A stretch of 32,000 nucleotides of DNA from assembly GCA_965219535.1 (NCBI GenBank), contig CBDCNV010000002.1, forward strand, positions 600,001-632,000. Reading direction: 5' to 3'. Shown here piece after piece: positions 7,692-17,832 of the stretch. Origin of the DNA: Opitutales bacterium (GTDB lineage: Bacteria > Verrucomicrobiota > Verrucomicrobiia > Opitutales > PNEW01). Under the pieces are notes generated by a model, which did no database searches, was not told the DNA's origin, and saw only the letters and a list, made by a program, of their open reading frames with translations. Numbering within the stretch: position 1 is the first letter of the stretch; every line of letters begins with the position of its first letter. The position numbers and the translations under genes were made by a program.

Positions 7692-9578
7692 TTATTGTGC
7701 CGGTACAAAGTCCAGGTTTTCTGTTATCCGCGTGCCGTCTTTTTTGAATGAATCCAGGTAAAGGTGGATCCTTTCTTTGGCTTTTTGCGAATCATGATTA
7801 TTTAGATTGATGTTTAATAAATCAATGTACCAGGGTGATTTAACCTCGTCCATCACGTAAGTGCCGACAATCTCTTTTGCAATCGGAAGCGTTGTCTCTT
7901 TGGAATCATTATGAACATCTTTATCTTTTGCCTGAAGCAATTTGTCGTATTCTTCTTCCAATAACTTTTGAAACAATTCGAGTGTAAAAACACCTCCTGA
8001 TTGAATGCCGGTTTCAGGATCATCTTCATTAAGTTTTGCCCCTTTATGGATCCATTCCCACAAGATACTTAAACGAATTTCACCGGTAGCCATATCTTCC
8101 ATCAGATATAGAATGTCATCATTGTTGAAAAAGTCGGCCGGTTTCAGTGCCGCTGCCTGAAATCCCTGTCCGAAAGCATTGCCGTATTGTAAACCGACAC
8201 TGAGAAGATTGCGAGCGCCCCTGATTGTTCTCGGAGCGGGCTCGAGGTGAGTCAGACCGGCTGCGTCATCTTGCGAATAGGTGAGGCGGGGGAATTCTCT
8301 TCCCAGCTGATTGTCTTCGCCCACTTCATCCCAAACGGGCCGCACAATACAAACCATCTTCCAATGGGCTACCCATTTACCACTGGCTCCTTCACCTTGT
8401 TCGCGCTTTGCTCCGGCAATCGCTTTTCCCATGCTCGCGTCGACACCGTCTTTAGAGCCTACAGGAATATTCGGTTCCATTCCTCCCTGCCAAAGCGCAA
8501 AATTACCATTACTGTCCGGAGTATTAACTGCCCGTCGTACACGATCTTCATAATTTCTCATGTAACTATAGGTCATTGTAATATCTTCTATATTGGGATT
8601 TATAAACATTGGATCCCATGCCATTGCATCCGACACACTGTTAATGTAGTCCCATCGGCCCGTATTATAGCCGACGAAGTGTTTTCCCAGGACTGCTCGG
8701 ATTTCCATCAACTGAAAAGTTGCCTCGAGCTGCTCAACGAGTACGTAGACCTTGACCGTTCCCATGGGAAGATTGAGATGGGCTTCCAGCGCCGCCAGCA
8801 TTTCATTCCAAAGAGTTGCTTCCTCTGCCGTCTGGATCTTGGGTAGATACAAAACAATAGATGAACCCGCATCCTGCAAGCGGTGATAGTTGTTGACTAC
8901 ATAAAGCGTGATATCGGTGATTGAAGCTGATAGTGCGACACCGTTTTCGTCGCGAATATGTCGATCATCCAGATGTAAGCCTCGGGCGCGGAATATTTTC
9001 GTGGTGAAATCCAACTGTGTTTTCCAGTCTTCGATGATCTCTCTTCCTAAGAAATCGGCAGCCCACTTATTCATCTCCTTCGCGACCTGTTCGGCCGCGG
9101 TCATAAAAACAGGGTCTCTTTGAATCGCCAGTTTCAAATTCCTCTGATTATCGAGAGACATGGTGGTGATTTGCCCAAGAGCGTCCTCACCATCAAACAT
9201 CCAGCCATCGGCACCGGAGAGCAGGGCGTAGGCTACGTTCCGAATACTTCGATCAATGGAAACTAAAGGTTTAGCGGCGGGTCCTGTGCCTTGAATCCAC
9301 TGTCGTTGTAAATCCGCGGGGATCACTGTGCCAATAAATTTTCCCTCTCTTGCATCTTCTACCTTAATCTTGGTCCCCTGTATATCATCATTGGCATTAA
9401 GAAATTCTATCGGTTGTCTGTTCCGTGATCGTTCAGCTCTTCTTTCAATTCTTTTCGCCATGAGCGATTTCTGATCTTTATTAAACCCGGCTAATGCGGC
9501 CAAGGCGCTCAAGGCTTCCGGCGTATAGACATCGCTATAGGCACTCTCGAGTGCATCTCTAATTTGTATATCACTCAT
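7692..9578 (-). CDS. malate synthase
   Basis: 628-aa ORF with malate synthase family motifs: MFDGEDALGQ, IVLYLPKIQTAEEA, NTGRWDYINS. Confidence 0.85.
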   Translation of the reverse strand: MSDIQIRDALESAYSDVYTPEALSALAALAGFNKDQKSLMAKRIERRAERSRNRQPIEFLNANDDIQGTKIKVEDAREGKFIGTVIPADLQRQWIQGTGPAAKPLVSIDRSIRNVAYALLSGADGWMFDGEDALGQITTMSLDNQRNLKLAIQRDPVFMTAAEQVAKEMNKWAADFLGREIIEDWKTQLDFTTKIFRARGLHLDDRHIRDENGVALSASITDITLYVVNNYHRLQDAGSSIVLYLPKIQTAEEATLWNEMLAALEAHLNLPMGTVKVYVLVEQLEATFQLMEIRAVLGKHFVGYNTGRWDYINSVSDAMAWDPMFINPNIEDITMTYSYMRNYEDRVRRAVNTPDSNGNFALWQGGMEPNIPVGSKDGVDASMGKAIAGAKREQGEGASGKWVAHWKMVCIVRPVWDEVGEDNQLGREFPRLTYSQDDAAGLTHLEPAPRTIRGARNLLSVGLQYGNAFGQGFQAAALKPADFFNNDDILYLMEDMATGEIRLSILWEWIHKGAKLNEDDPETGIQSGGVFTLELFQKLLEEEYDKLLQAKDKDVHNDSKETTLPIAKEIVGTYVMDEVKSPWYIDLLNINLNNHDSQKAKERIHLYLDSFKKDGTRITENLDFVPAQ

Positions 9579-9640
9579 CGGCTGATCTCCGCGCGGAATC
9601 TGTAGTATTTATTCCCAAGACGTCTGGCGTTACGCACGAT

Positions 9641-10567
9641 TTAATCTTCTTTTGACAAGTATAAGGCTTTATAGCGCCGTATGTATTCTCGATCCCTTTT
9701 TTCAACCGCATCGTCAAACTTTTCCGGATTGACGAACCATGTTTTTCGCTCTTTCAAATGTTCGCTGATCTTCTTGTCAACTTGGTTCGTGGGGTCGGGA
9801 GGGGGAAAGCGTATATCCTCTGGCCATTTCCAGATACCCGCCAGGTCATAGTGCTTGAATGGCCCTTCATGTGGCATGCGAAAGCCAAAAGTAGAAATTA
9901 TTCCAAGTTCGATATCTTCAGCGCTTGCCATACCCTGGGCCCACAAGCGTGCGGCTTCTTTAAACACGACCGCCTGTAACCGATTTATCAGGTATCCCGG
10001 TTCCTCGGTGTATAGACGGATAGGTACTCTTCTTACCTTTTTCATCAGGTCATAGACTATGTCGAAAGTCTCATCTGACGTCCCCGGTCCTTTCCCCACT
10101 TCAACCCCGGGCACGATATGCGGCGGAGCAAAATAATGGGTTAACACTATTTTGTCCTGCCTTTTTACATCAGAACCAAAATCACTCAACACGAGAGAAG
10201 AAGTATTACTGGCAATTATGGCATGTGGGGGGGACAGTTCATCCAGTTTGTTGAACATTTCCCGTTTGTCTTTGGACCTGTCGAATATGGCTTCAGTAAT
10301 GAAATCACTGTTCGAAGCTACATCATTCAATTCAGTTGTCGTCGTTATCCTGTTTACCACGTCATCCGCCTGTTTTTGAGTTATTATTTCATACTCTATG
10401 AAGAGGGCTAAAGCAGACTTTATGTTTTTCATAGACTGCTTCAGGATCTCATCGCTGATGTCACTCATCACCGTGGGATACCCCGCTAAAGCGAAATTTA
10501 ACGCGATGCCGAACCCCATCGTCCCACTGCCAACAACGCCGACTTGTTTTATATCAGCTAGCTCCAT
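9641..10567 (-). CDS. 3-hydroxyacyl-CoA / 3-hydroxybutyryl-CoA dehydrogenase family protein
   Basis: N-terminal Rossmann motif VGVVGSGTMGFGIA, the central NTSS motif, and a C-terminal 3HCDH-like domain. Confidence 0.8.
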   Translation of the reverse strand: MELADIKQVGVVGSGTMGFGIALNFALAGYPTVMSDISDEILKQSMKNIKSALALFIEYEIITQKQADDVVNRITTTTELNDVASNSDFITEAIFDRSKDKREMFNKLDELSPPHAIIASNTSSLVLSDFGSDVKRQDKIVLTHYFAPPHIVPGVEVGKGPGTSDETFDIVYDLMKKVRRVPIRLYTEEPGYLINRLQAVVFKEAARLWAQGMASAEDIELGIISTFGFRMPHEGPFKHYDLAGIWKWPEDIRFPPPDPTNQVDKKISEHLKERKTWFVNPEKFDDAVEKRDREYIRRYKALYLSKED

Positions 10568-10632
10568 AGGATTACCCCCGGATTACACCAACCGTGGATA
10601 CGGAACGTAAGGGTATAATTATCCACTCGCGC

Positions 10633-11514
10633 TCAGTTGCCCCAGCGACTCGGATTTATACCCGGAGCGTCACTCTTCATCCCTTTAGGCTTATGTTCCT
10701 GATGCCAATCAGAACCGGATGTGTTGAGACTTTGTAAAAATGGCTTGGCCTCTTCAGGTGCCGCGGCAACTAATTCAGGATCCCATTCCTCCATCGGTTG
10801 GATCGGTCCAGCCCAGGCTGGACGATAGCCAAATTGAATGAGCTCACGGTTGTGAGAGTCCGTATTGGGGTGTGTGCCATGGAACAGGTTGATAGGAATG
10901 ATGACGGCTGAACCCGCCCTTACGCACAAGGTAAGCTCTTCGGGATGGGATTTGTAGCGTACATAGGGGTTGGCCTGCGCATGAAAAGAAATATGAGTGC
11001 GTGGAATCACGCGAAAGGGTGCCCGTTCAGGTTCGAGATCATCGAGGTAATAAAGCACACGCAGTAATTTTGGTGAACTGCCCTCGTAGTCAAAGATGGA
11101 CGATCCAAAGGGTTGGCCGTCAGTGTGCATTGAGATTCCTGGGGAGCCGGGAGTGGTTCTCTGATAAAACCCTCGTGTAAATACAATGTCCGGGCCCATC
11201 ACCTCGGTAAGAAATTCGATCATCGGCGGATGCCCGATCAACTTGGCCACCTCATTGCTATACCACTGGGGTTGTACGGACCCAACCTTCTGGTACTCAC
11301 TGTACGGCTTGTGATTCATGGGGAAATCGGCAAGTTCTGACTTTAGTTTAGCATTGTGTTCGGCATCCAGCATATCAGGTAGCACAACATAACCTTCCAC
11401 TTCTAAATGCCGAATACGTTGCGGCAGGGTGAGGGAAGAGAAATCCGTCTCATCGACGTTCATAAAATCAATTAATTCTTCAGGATCAATTTTTGGTATA
11501 GTCGCATCTTTCAT
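10633..11514 (-). CDS. phytanoyl-CoA dioxygenase (PhyH) family dioxygenase
   Basis: 293-aa ORF with SMHTDGQPF ... LFHGTHPN, a His-x-Asp ... His pattern of the PhyH family. Confidence 0.75.
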   Translation of the reverse strand: MKDATIPKIDPEELIDFMNVDETDFSSLTLPQRIRHLEVEGYVVLPDMLDAEHNAKLKSELADFPMNHKPYSEYQKVGSVQPQWYSNEVAKLIGHPPMIEFLTEVMGPDIVFTRGFYQRTTPGSPGISMHTDGQPFGSSIFDYEGSSPKLLRVLYYLDDLEPERAPFRVIPRTHISFHAQANPYVRYKSHPEELTLCVRAGSAVIIPINLFHGTHPNTDSHNRELIQFGYRPAWAGPIQPMEEWDPELVAAAPEEAKPFLQSLNTSGSDWHQEHKPKGMKSDAPGINPSRWGN

Positions 11515-11802
11515 CAGTTACTCCTTTTAAATTACATCACAATGAATCACGTTTTTTGCAACTTAACAATTCTACGAGAAAATAAAAAGAGTATTTTTAG
11601 CAAACTGTAATAAAAGTGAATTAAAGGTCAGCAATCGTCTCGTTACTCGCTTCGGCGCAATCTCACTTGCGAGATTTCAGTCGAGGGAGATAAAAGACAG
11701 GCTTCAGATTAGCTGTTTAGGAAAAATACCATTTAAAAGGGTGAAGAAAATGCCGAAATGTCGATGAAATCCTCCTGCCTTATAAAGGAGAACGATACAT
11801 TT

Positions 11803-12234
11803 ATGAGCGATAAACCAACAGATTCCGTAAAAAAAACCCAAACGGGCCCTGCACAGGTTGACCGCGTTGCCGACGCCGATGAGGGTATGATTGGACCGGA
11901 ATCGATCGTCATAAATAGAAAGGGTGAACGGGTCGACAGTTCAACTGAAATCAAAATTGAACCGTTTAAATTTCGGGGTTCAGACTATCTCACTCAGATT
12001 GAACAACACCAATTACAACTTCAGCATGAGCAATTTATCCGTGCCCTGGAAGCCAGGCTCTCATCTTTTCTGAGTATGGACTTCAGATTGAAAATTTCCG
12101 ATCTCAACACGGCAAGCTATAGTGACTTTATTAAAACAGTGCCGGATTCGAGTTACATTACGATATTCCAAGTCGGACAGGAAAATGATAAGGTTGTCGT
12201 CAAACTGACAGAAACCGTCGACGCCACGGAGTAA
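11803..12234 (+). CDS. short FliM-like (flagellar/T3SS switch protein N-terminal region) protein, probably a gene remnant
   Basis: IEPFKFRGSDYLTQIEQHQLQLQHEQFIRALEARLSSFLSMDFRLKISDLNTASYSDFIKTVPDSSYITIF parallels the FliM region IRPYDP..R..L.ALE.INERFAR.....L...LR..V.V......Y.EF...LP.P. The ORF is ~143-158 aa against ~330 aa for FliM. The ATG at 11803 has AGGAG 12 nt upstream; the ORF track starts at 11758. Confidence 0.5.
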   Translation: MSDKPTDSVKKTQTGPAQVDRVADADEGMIGPESIVINRKGERVDSSTEIKIEPFKFRGSDYLTQIEQHQLQLQHEQFIRALEARLSSFLSMDFRLKISDLNTASYSDFIKTVPDSSYITIFQVGQENDKVVVKLTETVDATE

Positions 12235-12320
12235 AGCGGTTACACAAATCTTTCGGTTGAGGGGTGTCCACCTGGCTCACGCGTAGTGTGAAAATGAAGA
12301 CACGCGGACGATGCTCAGAG

Positions 12321-13763
12321 TCAGAATCGGCCGATCCGATGTGAACCGGGATCGGTAATAATCATGTTCGCGTCAAAGCTTGCTTTGATGAGTCTGTATT
12401 TTAGTTCTTGATGGGCTGGGTCTTCCCAGAGATTAGAAAATTCATTCGGATCGCTCTGGAGATCGTAAAGCTCCCCATACTCGTTCCCGTGGTAGACATT
12501 TAACTTATAGCGCTTGTCACGATACATAGTGGCGAATGAGGGGGGTGCCGATTCCTCATCCTTTCCCCACGTCAGGTCGAGAACATCGTAATACTCACAG
12601 CGAACATACTCGCGATGGTAATCCAGTGGGGCGTCTCCGACCAGCATCGGTAAAAGTGATTTGCCCTGTACCCACTCAAGTGGATCCCCGACAATGTCAG
12701 CAAGAGTCGGAGCGATATCGATTAGTTCTACCAGCGCGTCCGAGACCACGCCCTGTTGAATCACGCTGGGCCATGAGAAGATGAGAGGGACCCGAACCAG
12801 GCCTTCGTGGAAGCGGCACCCTTTGGAACGCAGCGCGTGATCGCCAAGTGACTCCCCGTGATCAGAGGTGAAAATGATTAGCGTGTCTTCGCGTATTTCC
12901 ATCTCCTCGAGCTTATCCAAAATCCTACCGACGTTGCGGTCGATAATCTCGATCATGCCATAGTAAGAGGCCTTGTCCCGCATGTGCCTCTCTTCTGGAC
13001 GCTCTGGAGTTGACGCAAATAAGTGGCTTGAGAGCCGCTGCTGTAACTCAAGATCTGACTTGGTAAAGAGCGGTGGTGGCAAATCCTCAGTCTCATAGGG
13101 CTTGCGGAAGTCGTCCGGGGCATCCATCGGGAGATGAGGGTCAAAGGTATTGATACTAAGGAACCATGGCGAGCCGGTTCTTCGTCGAATAAAATCGATC
13201 GCTGTATTGGCACACCAAGTAGTCTGATGCCACTTAAACGGAATGTTTTCACGGTACTTTACACCCATTCGAAGTGCGTCGTTTCGATTAGTTTGATCGA
13301 GCACCTCGTCTAGAACGCCGTTTTCGTCGAGCCAGTCGGTGTACTCATTATTGGTATCAATGAGTTGGCCGGCAGATAAACTGTGGTGAAACTCCTTATA
13401 GCCGTCATCCACGCGTTTCTCGTGTCCGTCCCAAGGGGAGGAGAGGTGCAGCTTTCCGACTAACCCTCCGACGTAACCTTGATCTGCGATGTGCCTGGAG
13501 ATAAGCTTCGCACGATCGGGAAGATGGAGGCTTATGTTTCCGTTAATGTTGGAGTGAATCGTTGACGCGTAGAGCCCGGTCATAAAACTACCCCGGCTGG
13601 GAGTGCATATTGGATTCTGGCAGTAGGCAGTGGAGAAAGCCGTGCCCTCGGCACATAATCTGTCCAGGTTCGGAGTTCTGATGTGGGGATTACCAAGAGT
13701 ACCGATCGTGTCGTAGCGCTGCTGGTCCGTGCAAATCCACAGAATGTTGGGTCGTTGTTTCAT
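12321..13763 (-). CDS. Cys-type sulfatase (arylsulfatase A family)
   Basis: Formylglycine signature CTPSRGSFMTG plus the N-terminal ILWICTDQQRYD metal-binding motif. No signal peptide is visible. Confidence 0.9.
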   Translation of the reverse strand: MKQRPNILWICTDQQRYDTIGTLGNPHIRTPNLDRLCAEGTAFSTAYCQNPICTPSRGSFMTGLYASTIHSNINGNISLHLPDRAKLISRHIADQGYVGGLVGKLHLSSPWDGHEKRVDDGYKEFHHSLSAGQLIDTNNEYTDWLDENGVLDEVLDQTNRNDALRMGVKYRENIPFKWHQTTWCANTAIDFIRRRTGSPWFLSINTFDPHLPMDAPDDFRKPYETEDLPPPLFTKSDLELQQRLSSHLFASTPERPEERHMRDKASYYGMIEIIDRNVGRILDKLEEMEIREDTLIIFTSDHGESLGDHALRSKGCRFHEGLVRVPLIFSWPSVIQQGVVSDALVELIDIAPTLADIVGDPLEWVQGKSLLPMLVGDAPLDYHREYVRCEYYDVLDLTWGKDEESAPPSFATMYRDKRYKLNVYHGNEYGELYDLQSDPNEFSNLWEDPAHQELKYRLIKASFDANMIITDPGSHRIGRF

Positions 13764-13817
13764 GTTTATGCTCCCCAGGTGCTAAGTCGGTCAGCTCACT
13801 TGCATTCCTCATTAGGT

Positions 13818-14672
13818 TCACACTTCCGGGGTGATCTTGTAAGCCAGTGAGCGAAAAAAATCGCGATAACGGATCGTCTCGGAAATATTGTCGCATTCAT
13901 TGCAATGCTCCCAATCGATCCAGACGTACTCGAGTGTGAGCCAACCGCGGTAACCTATCTTCTGCATTACTTTAAAAATTCTTTTAAAATCAATAGTGTT
14001 GTTTTCAAAACTTGTCTGCAATCTTCCCTTACACCCACCGCGTACGTGGAAGTGACTGGCGTATTTGAGCAGGGGTTCGATAACCGCATCCTTACAACCT
14101 TCTCGCACAAAGTGCCCATAGTCCAGGGTCAGGGTCAATCCGGGAACGCTTTTTATCAGTTTTTCAGCGGCTTTGGGTCTAGGGACAAGAGAATCTATAT
14201 GGGCTTCGACACCCAGAACTATGCGATGTTTTTTGGCTTCATCAACCCGCCATTGTAACTCCTCGACCGAACGGGCAAAAGAATCTGAATAGGTTTCTCC
14301 CTTATTATGTACTCCAGGTGTTATCGTGACGTGACGGCAATTACACTCAGCCGCATACTCCAATGTTTTAAGATACCAGTCACTCAATCGTCGGCGACAG
14401 GAGCGCTGGGGATGATTGATCGCGAGAGTGTGGGAGTCTTCAGATTGCATAAAAATATCAGCCGCTTTCAATCCCAGATCATCCAACTTTCTTTTTAGTC
14501 TACGCGCTGAACGCCGCACATTTTTGAATTCAATTGACGGTTGAAGGTGTGAACGTTTTTCAAACAGTCCGATATCCACACCTTTTATGCCCAGCATGGC
14601 AATGAGCTGAAGTGCCTGATCATGCTTTAGCAACGGAAAGGTGAAGTCGGGGCAAGCTAATTTAAGTTTCAT
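13818..14672 (-). CDS. sugar phosphate isomerase/epimerase (xylose isomerase-like TIM barrel)
   Basis: 284-aa ORF with the pattern typical of AP_endonuc_2/TIM-barrel proteins (GIKGVDIGLF, LGVEAH, LTLDYGHF, LTLEY). Confidence 0.7.
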   Translation of the reverse strand: MKLKLACPDFTFPLLKHDQALQLIAMLGIKGVDIGLFEKRSHLQPSIEFKNVRRSARRLKRKLDDLGLKAADIFMQSEDSHTLAINHPQRSCRRRLSDWYLKTLEYAAECNCRHVTITPGVHNKGETYSDSFARSVEELQWRVDEAKKHRIVLGVEAHIDSLVPRPKAAEKLIKSVPGLTLTLDYGHFVREGCKDAVIEPLLKYASHFHVRGGCKGRLQTSFENNTIDFKRIFKVMQKIGYRGWLTLEYVWIDWEHCNECDNISETIRYRDFFRSLAYKITPEV

Positions 14673-14895
14673 GAATCCGCCAAAAATGTTGTTTTTTATA
14701 TTTCATGACTGGACAATTACCGCGATCGGAATCATTCAATAGATATTTCATCCACATCGACAAGGACTGGTTATATTCCGCGGCGTATGCTGGCAACTGA
14801 TATATTCGGGAAATGAAAAATCATTGATTCGTGTACATACACAGCACCGAAACGATCGACCCTTTAACGACCGTCCATTAACGAATTTTCGAGGT

Positions 14896-14922
14896 TGAAG
14901 GTCGTGAACATAACGACCTTCA
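14896..14922 (-). terminator. perfect 10-bp stem hairpin just downstream of the RRM gene
   Basis: tgaaggtcgt (14896-14905) and acgaccttca (14913-14922) are exact reverse complements with a 7-nt loop. The T-run is on the plus-strand side (tttat), so the terminator role for the minus-strand gene is uncertain. Confidence 0.4.
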
Positions 14923-14940
14923 TTTATAAGTTAAACCAAA

Positions 14941-15216
14941 CTACCTTCTTCTATCACCCCTCGGTGCTCTTTCTTCTCTTGGTCTAGCTTGATTTACCTT
15001 AATTGGCCTACCGCCAATTTCAGTGTTATCTAAAGCATCTATTGCGCTTTGTGCTTCTTTCAAGTCTGACATGGCGACAAAAGCGAAACCTTTAGCTCTG
15101 CCCGTATGCCTGTCATATATTATATTTACATTATCTACATTCCCATGCGCTGAAAAAGCTTCACGGATGGTCTGCTCGTCAGTGTCGTAGGGGAGATTTC
15201 CTACATATATATCCAT
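14941..15216 (-). CDS. RNA-binding protein with a single RRM domain and an Arg-rich tail
   Basis: RNP-2 IYVGNL and RNP-1 KGFAFVAM motifs; 91 aa. Confidence 0.9.
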   Translation of the reverse strand: MDIYVGNLPYDTDEQTIREAFSAHGNVDNVNIIYDRHTGRAKGFAFVAMSDLKEAQSAIDALDNTEIGGRPIKVNQARPREERAPRGDRRR

Positions 15217-15238
15217 TTCTATCTATTCCTTTTTATGT

Positions 15239-15278
15239 TACGCCATTGCAAGTTATTACAGTTCTGAATAATGGCGTA
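15239..15278 (-). promoter_or_regulatory. stem-loop in the 5' leader of the RRM gene
   Basis: tacgccatt (15239-15247) and aatggcgta (15270-15278) are exact reverse complements (9 bp, 22-nt loop), ~20 nt upstream of the start codon on the minus strand. Confidence 0.3.
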
Positions 15279-15421
15279 GTACCAGATCCTGTTCTTGAAC
15301 ATTCGTCATTCTCGTTAAAAATCATTTTCTTTAAATAGCCTGACAAATTAATCAACTGAATAATTGGAGCACTGATAGCGAATAATTGCAAGGCTGTGTT
15401 TAAAAGAGACCTCAGATTACT

Positions 15422-16549
15422 TTAATTGCACCAGTGTTCGATCAATTTGGAGTATTTCTCTGTCCCCAGCTTCAACTGTTCTAAATCAATCCACTCATTG
15501 TCCGTGTGTGCCATGGCTATGTTTCCCGGCCCAAAGAGGACTAATTTTTCCATATCCGTAAATGCCATGCCGTCGCTACCATAAGAGACTGTCCGTGGTG
15601 TATTTTTCCCCGCAATTTGCAGCACGTCTTTCATAAAATCAGACTGGGGATCACTATACAGGGGTGTACCAGATAACCCGGTTTCAAATTCAAGGCCACA
15701 TTTCTCAGCTGCTTCCCGTGCGCGGTCGATGAGAGGCTCAATGTCTTGACCAGGCATGGGTCTGAAACGGACGATGCAGATACTCTCCGGGGGTGTGATA
15801 TTCAGCGCCTTGCAGTTATCTTTCATGATAATATTACAGCGCATAGTCGGCGGATCAAATTCCTCATTTTTCCACTTGGGATCGGATTCGGTCTCGTCAT
15901 GTAATTTTTTCATTTCAACAAGAAACGGGATCATGGCGAGATTGGCATTGATTCCTTCATTAGTACTCGAATGGGCAGCTTTACCCTGTGATTTAGCTTG
16001 GAACCCGGCAGTGCCCTTGTGTGAATAGACAACTTCTAGCATCGTCGGTTCACCGATAACACCGCTACTCTTACCCTTAACCATTTCACGATAGAACTGG
16101 GATTTTTTAGCTACCTGTATTGCCCCTTCCATACTGATTTCTTCATCCGACGTACAGGTAATATATAATGGATTTTTTAGCTTTTCTGCGGGTACTTGCT
16201 CAGCGGCCGCTAAAATACAAGCGATGGATCCTTTCATGTCACAACTACCGCGACCGTAAAGCTTGTCATCCATAACATTCGGTGTGTATGGCCCCTTTGT
16301 TTCGGAAAACCAGGCGTTAACCGGCACTACATCTGTATGACCAAAATAAGCCATGCCACCGCGACCTTCTCCTTTCTTTCCAACGACACAGGCTTTTCTG
16401 ATTCCAGTAGGATCATCATACTCGAGACGCTCGATCTCAAAGCCGATCTTTTTTAAAACATTTTCCACATAGTCGCTGATCGCAACATTCGATAATGTAC
16501 TTGTTGACTCAAATGAGATCAATTCCTGGCTATACTGAAGTGAATCCAT
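15422..16549 (-). CDS. M20-family metallopeptidase, acetylornithine deacetylase (ArgE)/DapE-like
   Basis: FGHTDVVP and GRGSCDMKG motifs; length 375 aa. Confidence 0.8.
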   Translation of the reverse strand: MDSLQYSQELISFESTSTLSNVAISDYVENVLKKIGFEIERLEYDDPTGIRKACVVGKKGEGRGGMAYFGHTDVVPVNAWFSETKGPYTPNVMDDKLYGRGSCDMKGSIACILAAAEQVPAEKLKNPLYITCTSDEEISMEGAIQVAKKSQFYREMVKGKSSGVIGEPTMLEVVYSHKGTAGFQAKSQGKAAHSSTNEGINANLAMIPFLVEMKKLHDETESDPKWKNEEFDPPTMRCNIIMKDNCKALNITPPESICIVRFRPMPGQDIEPLIDRAREAAEKCGLEFETGLSGTPLYSDPQSDFMKDVLQIAGKNTPRTVSYGSDGMAFTDMEKLVLFGPGNIAMAHTDNEWIDLEQLKLGTEKYSKLIEHWCN

Positions 16550-16678
16550 GATTCTTTTTATCGTCGCTATTGAGTTAACTGTCCATGAATAAAAATAAAA
16601 AACAAATGAATAGAAATAGCGCCGTAGTAACTGCGTGATCAGTCCATTTGGCGTAAATCATTATTTATAGATTATCCT

Positions 16679-17677
16679 TTATTCACTCCGTCCGCTGCGA
16701 AGTGCGTGTATCATTAAGTTATGATCAAGGTTTCCCCCGGTTAAAACCACCCCGGCCTTTTTTCCCGTCATCCTATCTTTTTCCTTCAGTAGTGCGGCTA
16801 AAGGGCTGGCCCCCGCCCCTTCCGCAATATTATGTGTATCCGCATAATAAATTTGAATCGCGTCCATTATCTGCTCATCGGAAACCGTAACTACCCTCGC
16901 CACGCCTTGTGCCACGCCTTGTAGTATGGATTCCAACGCGAGCGGGTTAGGGATTCGGACGGCAAGTCCATCGGCCATGGTATCACAAGATGCGGTTTTT
17001 TCTAATTTTTTGTTATTAAAGGAAAGCGCATAAGCGGGGGCTTTATCTGAAACTACACCCACGATCTCAGTTTTGAGATTTAACGCGTTTCGGGCGGTAA
17101 TCATCCCACATATCCCCGAGCCTAATCCGATGGGCACGTAGACGGTATGCAAATCGGGCACCGCTTGCAGAAACTCCAGGCTATAGGTTCCTACGCCTTG
17201 CACGAGAAGGGGATGAAAAGATGGAAATAGATGCAGACCGTTTTTTTCAGCTAGCACCTGAGCGTATTCAAATGCGACATTAAAGTCCTCCCCATGCTCA
17301 ATTAATTCAGCGCCATAGCCGCGCATCGCCCGGTTTTTCCCGGGACTGTTGTTAACTGGAACAACAACCTGAGCTTTTATTCCATTTTTCTGAGCCGAAA
17401 ATGCGACACTCTGCCCATGATTACCTCTGGTCGCGGCGACAACACCGGGGACTTCGCGCGCGGATTTAATTAATTGATCGATATACCATATCCCTCCGCG
17501 AACTTTAAACGATCCTGTCGGTAAGTGATTTTCGTGTTTGGTCCAAACTTCACAACCGCAACGCTCGCTCAAAAGGGGCCATAACAATTGTGGCGTGGGC
17601 GACAGGTGCTGATATATCAGTGAAGATGCCGATTGAAAATCGGATAATGATAACTTTAAATCCTCAATTGCGCTCAT
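16679..17677 (-). CDS. PLP-dependent threonine/serine dehydratase-like enzyme (no regulatory ACT domain)
   Basis: TGSFKVRGG (PLP lysine), GNHGQSVAF and a Gly-rich loop GLGSGICG. Confidence 0.8.
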   Translation of the reverse strand: MSAIEDLKLSLSDFQSASSLIYQHLSPTPQLLWPLLSERCGCEVWTKHENHLPTGSFKVRGGIWYIDQLIKSAREVPGVVAATRGNHGQSVAFSAQKNGIKAQVVVPVNNSPGKNRAMRGYGAELIEHGEDFNVAFEYAQVLAEKNGLHLFPSFHPLLVQGVGTYSLEFLQAVPDLHTVYVPIGLGSGICGMITARNALNLKTEIVGVVSDKAPAYALSFNNKKLEKTASCDTMADGLAVRIPNPLALESILQGVAQGVARVVTVSDEQIMDAIQIYYADTHNIAEGAGASPLAALLKEKDRMTGKKAGVVLTGGNLDHNLMIHALRSGRSE

Positions 17678-17832
17678 TTGCCATACGAGGGTAGACTTCC
17701 TTTTATCTGTTTATCAAAATGCGTAGCGATAAGAGCAAGCATTGATTAACCCATCGTGGCAGCCAGGATTTCATCCTCATTTGTAACTGGGATACAAATG
17801 TCAATTTTACTGTATTTAATCAACAGTACTAA

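Noticed and set aside
8247-9123. Plus-strand ORFs of 71-199 aa (8247-8846, 8311-8553, 8908-9123) inside the malate synthase gene
   Set aside because: They lie antisense to a long ORF with strong family motifs, their composition is low-complexity or odd, and they have no recognisable motifs. They are shadow ORFs.
12321-13763. Sulfatase without a signal peptide as an anomaly
   Set aside because: Cytoplasmic or non-classically exported Cys-type sulfatases are common in sulfatase-rich marine bacteria, and the catalytic CTPSR motif is intact. This is ordinary.
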